From: a bacterium
Lineage (GTDB): Bacteria > Zhuqueibacterota > Zhuqueibacteria > Residuimicrobiales > Krinioviventaceae
DNA length: 64,000 nucleotides
Reading direction: 5' to 3'
NCBI GenBank assembly: GCA_963675755.2
Contig: CAXXMD010000001.1
Coordinates: 192,001-256,000, forward strand
Part shown: positions 19,138 through 31,896 of the stretch, piece after piece
Position numbering within the stretch: the first letter of the stretch is position 1
Layout of the letters: the number at the start of each line of letters is the position of its first letter
Notes under the pieces: generated by a model
The model's input: the letters and a program-made list of their open reading frames with translations, nothing else
The model's database searches: none
What the model was told of the DNA's origin: nothing
Program-made: the position numbers and the translations under genes

Positions 19138-20676
19138 ATGAAAAAAACAATTGTAATTAATGTTTCTATTGGAGAAACACGTATTGGTATTCTTGAGGGG
19201 AAAGATCTGGTAGAGCTTTATTTCGAATTGCCAGAGAACGAACGTATGGTTGGGGATATCTATTTCGGGCGAGTTGGTAAAATTGTTAATGGTATTCAAG
19301 CCGCATTTGTTAATATTGGACACAAAAAAGATGCTTTTCTTCATTTTTCCGATATCAATAAAAATGTGCTCGAATTAACTGGTGTTAAGCAGGAACCGGT
19401 TGCTAACCAACCTAGAAAACGGGGCCCACGTCAACGGAATCCACATGGAAACCAGACCTTGAAAAAGGGACAGGATATTCTGGTACAGATTACCAAAGAA
19501 CCACTTTCAAACAAGGGTGCCAGAATCACAACAAACCTGACATTGCCAGGTAGGTTTTTAGTTTTATTGCCCGGTGAAAAATCAATTGGCGTGTCTCGCA
19601 AAATTCAAAATCGTCGTGAACGTTACAGATTGAAAAAGTTGGGCCAGGCAATAAAACCCAAGGATTTTGGATTGGTAATAAGAACAGTATCTGAAAACAA
19701 GGATGAAAATCTGTTAAAAGCAGATTTAGACTCTTTGGTTAAAGACTGGTCTAAAATCCAGAAAAAACTCAACAAGAACCATCCGCCTTGTATTGTGCAT
19801 AAAGACATGGGAATGCTGTCTAGCGTTATTCGAGATCTGTTTACAACAGATATTGAAAAGCTTGTTGTTGATAATAACAAAATGCATAAACAAATTGTTA
19901 AATATCTCAATGAAGTTGCTCCGCAACTTGCGGAACGTGTTGAGCTGTTCAAAAACAAAGAACCCATCTTTGATCATTTCGATATAGAAAATCAGTTATC
20001 CAGAAGTTTAGCCCGCAAGATCTATATGAAAAGAGGCGGCTATATCTTTATTGAACATACTGAAGCGTTAACTGCTATTGATATTAATAGCGGCAGCTTT
20101 AGTGGAAAAGCTGATCATGATACCAATAGCTTGAAAATAAATCTGGATGCTGCTAAAGAAATAGCCAGACAATTACGGTTGCGGGATATTGGTGGAATTA
20201 TTATCATCGATTTCATTGACATGATAGATCCCAAAAATAAAAAGAAACTGTATGATGAATTTACCCGTGAAGTGAAAAAAGACAGGGCCCAGGTTTCTAT
20301 CGCTCCTATATCTGAATTTGGCCTGATAGAGATGACACGTGAACGTGTTCGTCCTACACTGCTGTATTCAATTAGCGAGCCTTGTCCCGCATGTAGTGGT
20401 ACCGGTAGAGTTATCTCTAAAACAACCATTGTTGCCCGTATTGAAAGATGGTTGAAGCGCTACCGTACAGAGGGCGGTGACAGATCACTGCTATTGTTTG
20501 TTCACCCTGAATTGTCAAAGTATTTAACAACCGGGTATCGCAGTCGCATTCGTAGAATTGCATGGAAATACTGGACACGTGTCAAGGTACATCAGGATGA
20601 AAATATAAGTCTTGAAGAATTCAGGTTTGTTGATAAAACCGGAGAAAACGACATAACAAGTAAATTTATGCCTTGA
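19138..20676 (+). CDS. rng: Ribonuclease E/G family (RNase G-sized)
   Basis: GDIYFGRV..QAAFVNIG S1 domain, KGARIT, TEALTAIDINSG, QLRLRDIGGIIIIDFIDM, CPAC.G.G. Confidence 0.93.
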   Translation: MKKTIVINVSIGETRIGILEGKDLVELYFELPENERMVGDIYFGRVGKIVNGIQAAFVNIGHKKDAFLHFSDINKNVLELTGVKQEPVANQPRKRGPRQRNPHGNQTLKKGQDILVQITKEPLSNKGARITTNLTLPGRFLVLLPGEKSIGVSRKIQNRRERYRLKKLGQAIKPKDFGLVIRTVSENKDENLLKADLDSLVKDWSKIQKKLNKNHPPCIVHKDMGMLSSVIRDLFTTDIEKLVVDNNKMHKQIVKYLNEVAPQLAERVELFKNKEPIFDHFDIENQLSRSLARKIYMKRGGYIFIEHTEALTAIDINSGSFSGKADHDTNSLKINLDAAKEIARQLRLRDIGGIIIIDFIDMIDPKNKKKLYDEFTREVKKDRAQVSIAPISEFGLIEMTRERVRPTLLYSISEPCPACSGTGRVISKTTIVARIERWLKRYRTEGGDRSLLLFVHPELSKYLTTGYRSRIRRIAWKYWTRVKVHQDENISLEEFRFVDKTGENDITSKFMP

Positions 20677-20701
20677 CATTTATAATTTAATTCTTTAAAT
20701 T
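20673..20701 (+). promoter_or_regulatory. Putative sigma70 promoter of rplU-rpmA
   Basis: TTGACA-17 nt-TAAATT. Confidence 0.7.
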
Positions 20702-20743
20702 TATTAGCTTTGTTGAAAAATAATAATTAATGGAGATATCTGA

Positions 20744-21055
20744 ATGTATGCCATAGTACAAGTTGGCGGCCAGCAGTTTAAAGTAGCCAAAGATAAAAAA
20801 ATTGTCACTAATCGCTTGTCAGGAAATATTGGTGATTCTGTGGACATTGAAAATGTATTGTTACTTTCAGGTGATGATGGTGTTAAAGTAGGCGCACCTT
20901 ATATTGAAGGTGCCAAAGTACAGGCTACTATTCTTGAACACGATAAAGGTAAAAAAGTAATTGTATTTAAAAAGAAACGCCGCAAAACTTATCGTGTTTT
21001 GAAAGGTCATCGCCAGGCGTTAACAACTTTACAAATTAATGAAATTACTGCTTAA
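20744..21055 (+). CDS. rplU: 50S ribosomal protein L21
   Basis: MYAIVQVGGQQFKV, FKKKRRK, GHRQ. Confidence 0.97.
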   Translation: MYAIVQVGGQQFKVAKDKKIVTNRLSGNIGDSVDIENVLLLSGDDGVKVGAPYIEGAKVQATILEHDKGKKVIVFKKKRRKTYRVLKGHRQALTTLQINEITA

Positions 21056-21081
21056 TTGTTTAGAAATAAAGGGAGATTGTA

Positions 21082-21333
21082 ATGGCTCATAAGAAAGGAA
21101 TGGGAAGCTCCAAGAACGGTCGGGATAGTAACCCGCAAATGCTTGGTGTGAAAAGATTCGATGGTCAGGTAGTGACCGCAGGAAGTATTCTTGTGCGCCA
21201 ACGTGGAACAAAATTTCATCCCGGTGCTAATGTAGGTATTGGAAGTGACGATACTCTGTTTGCAAAAGTAGATGGTAAAGTGAAATTTGAAACACGCGGC
21301 AAGGATAAAAAATATATCAGTGTTTTTTCCTGA
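21082..21333 (+). CDS. rpmA: 50S ribosomal protein L27
   Basis: [24 protein letters not shown]. Confidence 0.98.
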   Translation: MAHKKGMGSSKNGRDSNPQMLGVKRFDGQVVTAGSILVRQRGTKFHPGANVGIGSDDTLFAKVDGKVKFETRGKDKKYISVFS

Positions 21334-21363
21334 TTTTGTAACATACATCAATTTTTTTTAATG

Positions 21364-21397
21364 AAACGCAACTAAATTATTTAGTTGCGTTTTTTTT
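21364..21397 (+). terminator. Intrinsic terminator after rpmA
   Basis: AAACGCAACTAAA-tta-TTTAGTTGCGTTT + T run. Confidence 0.85.
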
Positions 21398-21469
21398 ATT
21401 TATAGCGGTTTCTTTTGCAAAATGAAAACGCGTGTCTACAAAAATTATGCCATATGAAAGAAAATTGAC

Positions 21470-21498
21470 TTGACTCTGACTGTGCTATATTTTATATT
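21470..21498 (+). promoter_or_regulatory. Putative sigma70 promoter of gatC-kdsB-pyrG operon
   Basis: TTGACT-17 nt-TATATT. Confidence 0.65.
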
Positions 21499-21527
21499 TA
21501 TTTCGTTTGAGAACATAGGAGATATTT

Positions 21528-21815
21528 ATGTCAGTTACATTACAGGAAGTTGAAAATATTGCCCGTCTTGCCAAACTGTCTTTTTCTGAAGAAGAAAAAG
21601 AAAAATTTACAATACAGTTTAACCAGATTCTGGGATATATTGAAAAATTGAACGAGTTGGATACTGATAATGTTGAACCAACAGATCATGTACTTGATTT
21701 ATATAACGTATTCCGCGAGGATGAGGTGAAAACCTGGCTTACTCAGGAAGAAGCGTTGGCAAATGCACCAAATGCAAAACATGGTTTTTTCAGTGTACCC
21801 AAGGTGATAGGATAA
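21528..21815 (+). CDS. gatC: Asp/Glu-tRNA amidotransferase subunit C
   Basis: IARLAKL, LNELDT.NVEP, FREDE, ALANAP, FSVPKV. Confidence 0.95.
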   Translation: MSVTLQEVENIARLAKLSFSEEEKEKFTIQFNQILGYIEKLNELDTDNVEPTDHVLDLYNVFREDEVKTWLTQEEALANAPNAKHGFFSVPKVIG

Positions 21816-21818
21816 CTC

Positions 21819-25055
<3,237 letters not shown>

Positions 25056-25058
25056 AGA

Positions 25059-25922
25059 ATGAGATATATTATATTTTACATATTATTTTTTTCTATATCA
25101 GTAAATCTGATATTTGCTCAAACAACTGATCCTGTTGTTTTGGCGGTTTCAGATTTTAAAAACAGTACCGGGATTTATAGTATGGGTAACTTTGAAAAAA
25201 GTTTACCCGAGATGCTGAAAACCGAATTATCACAGTCTTCTGAAATTACAATTGTTGAACGCTCAAAACTTGAAGCTGTTTTTAACGAACTTGCTCTAGT
25301 CCAGGCGGGAGTGATCAATTCAGATCAGGCACGTCAGGTTGGCGAGTTGGTAGATGCAAAGTTTGTTTTGACTGGTGAGATCAGTAAAGTGGGTGATCGG
25401 TTTAGGATTGATACTCAGATTATTGATGTGGCTACCGGTAGAGTGTTTGGAGAAAAGGTGACAGGTCCCAATGCAGATGCAATGGAAACCATGGTCCGGG
25501 TTTTAGCCAGTAATATAATTTATAACCTGACAGGTAGTGGTAATGTACAAACTGTACAATATATAAATCAGTATTACGCGCCCTGGGTACTTTTAGCCGG
25601 AACCGGTGCGGCAATAATTACAGGTATGATGCATTCTCAATATAATGATCATTGGGATAAATATAAATCTGCTACCTTGTTGAATGATTTTGATGAACAT
25701 TATGATAAAGCAAACAGTGCTTATAAAACCCGAAATGTTATGCTGGGTGTTACAGCAGGCTTGCTGACAACTGGTGCTGTGTTGTGGTTAAAAAACAAAA
25801 GTAACAGTAACAAAGTAATGGCACTTTATTCTTTTGGAGATGAAACCCAATACTCTATACTTCCGTATTACTGCCATCAAAATAAAGCATTTGGAATTCA
25901 ATTGATGGTGCTATCTTTATGA
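25059..25922 (+). CDS. Exported protein with a CsgG/FlgO/TolB-N-like domain
   Basis: Signal peptide; LAVSDF..IVERSKL..EL.L..G.I..A..VG.L..A.FVLTG..IIDVATG pattern; Gly-rich hydrophobic C-terminal helices. Confidence 0.7.
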   Translation: MRYIIFYILFFSISVNLIFAQTTDPVVLAVSDFKNSTGIYSMGNFEKSLPEMLKTELSQSSEITIVERSKLEAVFNELALVQAGVINSDQARQVGELVDAKFVLTGEISKVGDRFRIDTQIIDVATGRVFGEKVTGPNADAMETMVRVLASNIIYNLTGSGNVQTVQYINQYYAPWVLLAGTGAAIITGMMHSQYNDHWDKYKSATLLNDFDEHYDKANSAYKTRNVMLGVTAGLLTTGAVLWLKNKSNSNKVMALYSFGDETQYSILPYYCHQNKAFGIQLMVLSL

Positions 25923-26689
25923 TCAAATATAGTTACATTGTGTTGTGCAGTTTGTTTTTTATAACTGTAGCATGTAGCGATCTCGATAGAACGAATCCAC
26001 TTGATCCCAAAAATCCTAACAGTAAAAGAACTGAAACGGTTTTGATTGAATCCTTTGTGAATCAATCGGGGGGAGAGGTTATTACAAGTTCTATTGAAGC
26101 ATTTGAAAGATTGTTGACAGAGTATGGCAAAGAGTCGTTTATTTATCTGGAACATCATATTGAAAAGACAAGTGGAACTGATCCCTGGGCGCTTGATGCC
26201 AGTTTAAGCAGGTATTTGCTACTAGTTCCCCAAACCGATGAACAGGCAATACCGGATGTGATGTTTAACGGCAGTCAGGCAAGGGTGCAGGGTGCATCGG
26301 ACACTGAGGCTGCTTATCAACGTTACAAAATAGCATTGGAAGCTGAATTGACTCGCGAGACGACTTTTACGGTTGAGCAGCAGGCTGCAATCTCTGGTAA
26401 TCAGATAGACGTATCTACCGATATAGCAAAGCTCGGTAATACCAATTCATCGGATATAGTCGTTATTATGGCAGTTATTGAAACAGTAAATACCGGGATT
26501 CGGCAAATTGTGCGTTCATGGGAGTCAGTAAAATCCATTGGTGATTTGGTTCATGGAGAAATTGTCTCAGTTGATCGTAGTATAGATATTCAAAATGATT
26601 GGGATACGGATAATTTAAAATGTGTTGTGTTGGTACAGGACGCTCAGTCATTACAGGTTTTTCAGTGTAACAGTGTTGATTTGAAATGA
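25919..26689 (+). CDS. Lipoprotein, Omp28-like (thioredoxin-like fold without CXXC plus Ig-like domain)
   Basis: Lipobox TVAC; VLIESF, IPDVMFNG, IVR...DW..DNLKCVVLVQD. Confidence 0.6.
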   Translation: MIKYSYIVLCSLFFITVACSDLDRTNPLDPKNPNSKRTETVLIESFVNQSGGEVITSSIEAFERLLTEYGKESFIYLEHHIEKTSGTDPWALDASLSRYLLLVPQTDEQAIPDVMFNGSQARVQGASDTEAAYQRYKIALEAELTRETTFTVEQQAAISGNQIDVSTDIAKLGNTNSSDIVVIMAVIETVNTGIRQIVRSWESVKSIGDLVHGEIVSVDRSIDIQNDWDTDNLKCVVLVQDAQSLQVFQCNSVDLK

Positions 26690-27339
26690 AAAGTTTGAAA
26701 ATAAATATCTTTATTATATCATTAATCGGGCTGTTATGTTTATCATGCGGTGTCGTTGAAAAGTTGGCAAACCGGGTACCGGTTATTAAAGATATTCAGG
26801 CAAGCAGATATACAATACTTGTTGGAGATACAGTAACTGTAAGTGTAACTGCAGAAGACCCTGATGACGATGATTTGATATATAGCTGGAGTGCCAATAG
26901 CGGTTCTTTTGATAAACGCAATCAGGCTTCTGTTGTTTGGAAAGCACCATTGATTGAAGATATTTATAACATACAGGTTGTTGTCAAAGATAGTAATGAA
27001 GGTGAGGCTACAGAAAATATGGATATTACCGTGATATCCAATTCTGAGCCAAATGTTAAGATTACAAATCCAGTTGATGGTGATTTTCTGGTTGCAACAC
27101 AGAGTGTGGAAGTTCGTTCAGAAGCAACACCCGTAGCATATATAGACAGAGTAGAATTTTTTATAAATGATCAATTGACGGCAACAGATACAACGCCACC
27201 ATACATGTTTGTGTGGCAGCCTCGTGATTACTCTGGCACAGTAGAAATTAAATCAGTGGCTTTTCGTTCAATACCCAGTAATATTAAAGCAGCCGATTCA
27301 ATTTCAGTTTCAATACAGGGAGTTGTACCAATCCCTTAA
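26686..27339 (+). CDS. Lipoprotein with two Ig-like (PKD/Big) domains
   Basis: Lipobox CLSC; AEDPDDDDLIYSW...WKAP; PNVKITNP.DG...IDRVEFFIN...PPY.F.W. Confidence 0.7.
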   Translation: MKSLKINIFIISLIGLLCLSCGVVEKLANRVPVIKDIQASRYTILVGDTVTVSVTAEDPDDDDLIYSWSANSGSFDKRNQASVVWKAPLIEDIYNIQVVVKDSNEGEATENMDITVISNSEPNVKITNPVDGDFLVATQSVEVRSEATPVAYIDRVEFFINDQLTATDTTPPYMFVWQPRDYSGTVEIKSVAFRSIPSNIKAADSISVSIQGVVPIP

Positions 27340-27353
27340 TGGACAAGTAGAAA

Positions 27354-28343
27354 ATGGAAAACACTGAGAATATAGAGAATAATATAATCCAGGACGCGAA
27401 ACGTGTTCTGGAAATAGAGTATCAGGCAATAAAAGATATGAAGGACCGGATAGGTCCTGAATTTGCAAAAGCAGTAAATTTGATTCTACAATGCAAAGGT
27501 CGTGTCATTGTAACAGGTATTGGTAAATCAGGAATCATTGGTAAAAAAATTGCGGCTACACTCACAAGTACCGGAACATCGGCAATTTTTTTACATCCTG
27601 CGGAAGGCGTACATGGCGATCTGGGCATGGTTTTGAAAAATGATGTTGTTATTTGTATTTCCAAGAGCGGTAACACAGGTGAGATCAGCAGATTGATACC
27701 TGTCTTTAAAACGATTGGTGTTCCCATTATTACCATGACTGGAAATTTGCGCTCAGCAATAGCAGAACGTAGTGATGTGGTGTTGAATACAAGTGTTCAG
27801 GAAGAAGCGTGTCCTAATGATTTGGCACCTACAGCCAGCACAACCGCAACGCTTGCTATGGGAGATGCATTATCGGTTGCATTGTTGAAAAAAAGAAACT
27901 TTGGTAAAGAAGACTTTGCCTTTTTGCATCCCGGCGGTGCTTTGGGAAGGCAATTAATTAAAACCAGTGAAGTAATGTTTACCGATGATAAAGTGCCCAC
28001 GGTGGCATTAGACGCATCTTTAAAACAGATCATTTTAGAGATAACATCTAAAAGATTTGGTTGTACATGTGTTGTAGAAGCCGATGGTAAGTTGAGTGGT
28101 ATTATTACTGATGGTGATCTTCGGCGTTTAATGCAACGAAATGAAGAAATAAGGCATTTGACTGCTCGAGATATAATGAACAATAAACCCAAGTATGTAG
28201 ATATTGATTGCCTGGCATCCAAAGCACGTCAAATAATGGAAATGCATAATATTATGCAGATGGTTGTAGTAGACAATGAGAAAAAAGTTGTTGGAATGAT
28301 GCACTTGCACGATTTACTGGAAGCGGGAATTGAATCAACGTGA
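27354..28343 (+). CDS. kdsD: Arabinose-5-phosphate isomerase (KpsF/GutQ family)
   Basis: TGIGKSG, HGDLG, SKSGNT, APTAST, HPGG, two CBS domains. Confidence 0.95.
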   Translation: MENTENIENNIIQDAKRVLEIEYQAIKDMKDRIGPEFAKAVNLILQCKGRVIVTGIGKSGIIGKKIAATLTSTGTSAIFLHPAEGVHGDLGMVLKNDVVICISKSGNTGEISRLIPVFKTIGVPIITMTGNLRSAIAERSDVVLNTSVQEEACPNDLAPTASTTATLAMGDALSVALLKKRNFGKEDFAFLHPGGALGRQLIKTSEVMFTDDKVPTVALDASLKQIILEITSKRFGCTCVVEADGKLSGIITDGDLRRLMQRNEEIRHLTARDIMNNKPKYVDIDCLASKARQIMEMHNIMQMVVVDNEKKVVGMMHLHDLLEAGIEST

Positions 28344-29248
28344 TTAGTAAAAAGACAAGAAAAAAAATAAAGAATGATTTAATATATTTTCTAGTCGTCT
28401 TTTTCGTAAAGCTGTTACGGAGTATTTCACGAATTGAGGCCATGCATATTATGCGAGGTGCCGCAAGTTTAGGATTTCGTTTTGCGCGAAAAGAACGTGA
28501 AAAAACAATCCGTCATCTTTCATGGGCGTTTGAAAATAAATCACCAGATGAAATTGAAAAAATGGCAAAATCTGTGTTTTTGCATTTTGCCATGGCAGCA
28601 GTAGATGCTATACGGATGCCGCTGATTCTAAAAGAGGGAATCAATAACTATGTTTCATGTGATCGTCAGGATATTCTCGACCGTCATATAAAAGAGAATA
28701 GCGGTGCAATTATTCTTACCGGTCATGTTGGGAATTGGGAAATGCTTGGAGCATGGCTGGCAAATAATGGCTATCCGCTCAAAGTTGTTGGGACCTCTGC
28801 TTATGATCCACGTTTGGATGAGCTGATAGTTGGTGGCAGAAATATGGCGGGTTATACAAATATTGCCAGAGGAAAAGGAACGCGCGAGATCGTTAGGCAT
28901 TTACGTAATAAAGGATTTTTAGGTATTTTGATAGATCAGGATACCAAAGTAGAAGGTGTATTTGTTAACTTTTTTAATCGTCCTGCTCACACGGCTGTAG
29001 GACCTGTGGTTTTGTCACAAAAAACCGGTGTACCCATAGTGCCAACATTTGCATATATGACACCGGATTATAAATATAAAATTGATGTTGCAGAACCTTT
29101 ACAATTGGTTGAAATGGACGATAAAGATAAAGAGATGGTCAGGAATACGCAAATCTGTTCTGATGAATATCAGAGAATTATTTCCAGGTATCCTACCCAG
29201 TGGGTATGGATGCATGAACGGTGGAAAAAACAACCCAAGGATGTATGA
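28340..29248 (+). CDS. Lipid A late acyltransferase (LpxL/HtrB family)
   Basis: HVGNWE, LIDQD, FF..PA, PTQWVWMHERWK. Confidence 0.9.
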   Translation: MISKKTRKKIKNDLIYFLVVFFVKLLRSISRIEAMHIMRGAASLGFRFARKEREKTIRHLSWAFENKSPDEIEKMAKSVFLHFAMAAVDAIRMPLILKEGINNYVSCDRQDILDRHIKENSGAIILTGHVGNWEMLGAWLANNGYPLKVVGTSAYDPRLDELIVGGRNMAGYTNIARGKGTREIVRHLRNKGFLGILIDQDTKVEGVFVNFFNRPAHTAVGPVVLSQKTGVPIVPTFAYMTPDYKYKIDVAEPLQLVEMDDKDKEMVRNTQICSDEYQRIISRYPTQWVWMHERWKKQPKDV

Positions 29249-29916
29249 AACATTATTATATAAAAATTGCACTGATTATACTTTTTATTTTCTTTTGGGC
29301 GTGTGAAAAAAAAGATCCGGTAAATACTGTTGCCAAAGAGCAGCCATCCATTCCTGATCAGGAAATGTGGAACTTTGAAGTCAAAGTGACAAATCGTGGA
29401 TTGCTGGAAGCGCATTTGCGTTCAGGCCATATGGTATTCTATAGCGATGAGAAAAATCCTCAATCCATTTTAAACCAGGGAGTGCTGGTTGATTTTTATG
29501 ACAAAAATGGGAAAAGGGCGTCTACTTTGACTGCAGATAGCGGTATGTTTAATGAAAAGACCCAGGATGTAAAAGCATTTAGAAATGTTATAGTAGAATC
29601 TGATAGTGGTGTGACCTTGTTTACCGAAGCAATAGAATATGACCAAAAGCGGGAAAAGATTTTTACAGATCTTGATGTGCTCATCACCACAGATAATGGT
29701 GATAGTTTGTGGGGGCATGGGTTTGAATCTGATCCACAAATGAATCATTGGCAGATAACAAAATTGCGAGGTGTTGCACACAAGGGTATGGATATGACTC
29801 AGGATTTTTCAAAACCCAAAAACAAAGAAATTCCTGATACCACCCAGGTTGATTCGATTGGGTTGGAGCCACAATTTGTTTCACCGGATAGTGGTGTTTT
29901 AAATGATGAATCTTGA
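29245..29916 (+). CDS. lptC: LPS export ABC transporter periplasmic protein LptC
   Basis: ATG 29245 overlaps the upstream stop (ATGA); lipobox WAC; GV.VDFYD..LTADSG...NV.V..L.TE..G.GFESD. Confidence 0.85.
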   Translation: MKHYYIKIALIILFIFFWACEKKDPVNTVAKEQPSIPDQEMWNFEVKVTNRGLLEAHLRSGHMVFYSDEKNPQSILNQGVLVDFYDKNGKRASTLTADSGMFNEKTQDVKAFRNVIVESDSGVTLFTEAIEYDQKREKIFTDLDVLITTDNGDSLWGHGFESDPQMNHWQITKLRGVAHKGMDMTQDFSKPKNKEIPDTTQVDSIGLEPQFVSPDSGVLNDES

Positions 29917-31087
29917 TAAATTATTACTATATTGCATTATATTTTTGTTCTTTGTAAATGTTTTTTCAGCGGAAGAAAAAAATACCCGTCCTGTATTGGA
30001 AAATGCAGACAGGGGGTATGGAGAGCTTGTAGACAATCAACAGGTATGGAACTTGTTTGATAATGTTCGCTTTCGTCAGGACAGTGTAATTATGTTGTGT
30101 GACAAAGCCATTCGATATATGGATGAAGAACGAACATTGTTGATTGGTAATGTACAAATATTTGATAGTTCAAAAACTTTGTATGGTGATCAGGTAGATT
30201 ATTACGAGCCTCAAAAATTAGCTCTTGTTAAAGGGAATGTGAAATTTGTAGACAGTACGAAAACCTTTACTTCTGATTTTCTAAAATATTTTCAGGATTC
30301 AGAAATTTTAATTGCTGATTCTAATGTTGTTATCTCGGATAATGTCGAAAACAGTACTCTCACAGGTGCGCATATGGAATATCATCGTGAAGATGGATAT
30401 GCCAAATTGCTCGGTGAACCTGTTTTTACACGAGTCGATACCGTTGAAGATGCCGAATTACTCATAGCAGGTGAGTTAATGGAGATGTTTCATGATGGAG
30501 ACAGCATTCTGGTCAAAGAGAATGTATCAATTCATCAGGGTGAAATATCGGCATTTGGAGATTCACTCAAATATCTCAAAGATGCACAAAAAGTTGTATT
30601 GGAATCTTTTCCTTATGCATTTGAAAATGAGGACAAGTTGACAGGTGAAGCAATTCATTTATATCTTGTTGAAAACAAGGTTAGACGTATCCATGTAATA
30701 GGTAACTCGATAGTTACAACACTAGTAGATACACCTGTTGTTACAACAATTCCATATAATTTGTTGACTGGTGATGAAATTTGGGTTAAATTAAAAGAGC
30801 AAAAAATTGATTCAGTCAACATTATCGGCAAAGCAACCAGCTATTATCACATTATTGAAGATAATGCGGAAAAGGGAATTAATAAAATATTATGTGACGA
30901 ATTGTTGATACTGTTTGCTGATAATATGGTGAAAAAAGTTTATGGAAGCAGTAAACCGGGAATGTCAACCGGCCAGTTTTCACCACCGGGAAACAAGAAA
31001 AAGCTGGAACAGGAATTACGGGAAATGCTGCAAAAGCTTGAAATGATTGAAAATAAAGAATCGGAATCGGATGGAACCAATCAGTAA
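29903..31087 (+). CDS. OstA/LptA-like beta-jellyroll LPS transport protein
   Basis: Signal peptide; repeated GNV...D jellyroll units ([12 protein letters not shown]); lies between lptC and lptB. Confidence 0.8.
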   Translation: MMNLDKLLLYCIIFLFFVNVFSAEEKNTRPVLENADRGYGELVDNQQVWNLFDNVRFRQDSVIMLCDKAIRYMDEERTLLIGNVQIFDSSKTLYGDQVDYYEPQKLALVKGNVKFVDSTKTFTSDFLKYFQDSEILIADSNVVISDNVENSTLTGAHMEYHREDGYAKLLGEPVFTRVDTVEDAELLIAGELMEMFHDGDSILVKENVSIHQGEISAFGDSLKYLKDAQKVVLESFPYAFENEDKLTGEAIHLYLVENKVRRIHVIGNSIVTTLVDTPVVTTIPYNLLTGDEIWVKLKEQKIDSVNIIGKATSYYHIIEDNAEKGINKILCDELLILFADNMVKKVYGSSKPGMSTGQFSPPGNKKKLEQELREMLQKLEMIENKESESDGTNQ

Positions 31088-31823
31088 TGATAGCATGGCA
31101 ATTTTAAGATCTCGGGATCTTGTGAAAAATTATGGAAAGCGCCGTGTAGTTAACAAAGTCAGTATAGAGATTAAAGAAGGTGAAATTGTAGGATTATTGG
31201 GTCCAAACGGAGCCGGCAAAACCACCACCTTTTATATGCTGGTGGGTATGATACGTCCGAATAGTGGTAATATTTTTCTTACAAACACTGATATTACCAA
31301 ATTGCCTATGTATAGAAGGGCCAGGCGGGGTGTTTCTTATTTGCCGCAAGAGGCATCTGTATTCAGGCGATTGACAGTAGAGCAAAATATTATGGCAATA
31401 CTTCAATCACTTCGTTTATCTCGAGCTGAACAAATACAACGGGCACAGTCTTTAATGAATGAATTGCGAATATCTCATCTCAGGAATAACCTTGCGTATA
31501 CACTGTCAGGAGGTGAGCGTAGAAGAGTTGAAATCAGCAGGGCCCTGGCTACCAATCCACGGTTTATTTTGTTGGATGAGCCATTTGCCGGTGTGGATCC
31601 CATTGCTGTTGAAGATATTCAGCAGATTGTTGCACAGTTGAAAAGCAAAGGTATTGGTGTTTTAATTACGGACCATAATGTACATGAGACTCTGTCTATT
31701 ACGGACCGCGCTTATCTTTTGTTTGAGGGCAATGTGTTAAAATCCGGTACGGCTGAATTTTTAGCCAATGATGAAGAAGCCCGTAAATTTTATCTTGGAG
31801 ATAGTTTTAAATTAGATAGATAA
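31071..31823 (+). CDS. lptB: LPS export ABC transporter ATPase
   Basis: [43 protein letters not shown]; start taken at ATG 31071. Confidence 0.96.
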   Translation: MEPISNDSMAILRSRDLVKNYGKRRVVNKVSIEIKEGEIVGLLGPNGAGKTTTFYMLVGMIRPNSGNIFLTNTDITKLPMYRRARRGVSYLPQEASVFRRLTVEQNIMAILQSLRLSRAEQIQRAQSLMNELRISHLRNNLAYTLSGGERRRVEISRALATNPRFILLDEPFAGVDPIAVEDIQQIVAQLKSKGIGVLITDHNVHETLSITDRAYLLFEGNVLKSGTAEFLANDEEARKFYLGDSFKLDR

Positions 31824-31896
31824 TAACTAAATAAATTGTTATTTAATAATGTTTATAAAAAGACATATCAAAAGAATGAGGAATTTATATTAAGGA

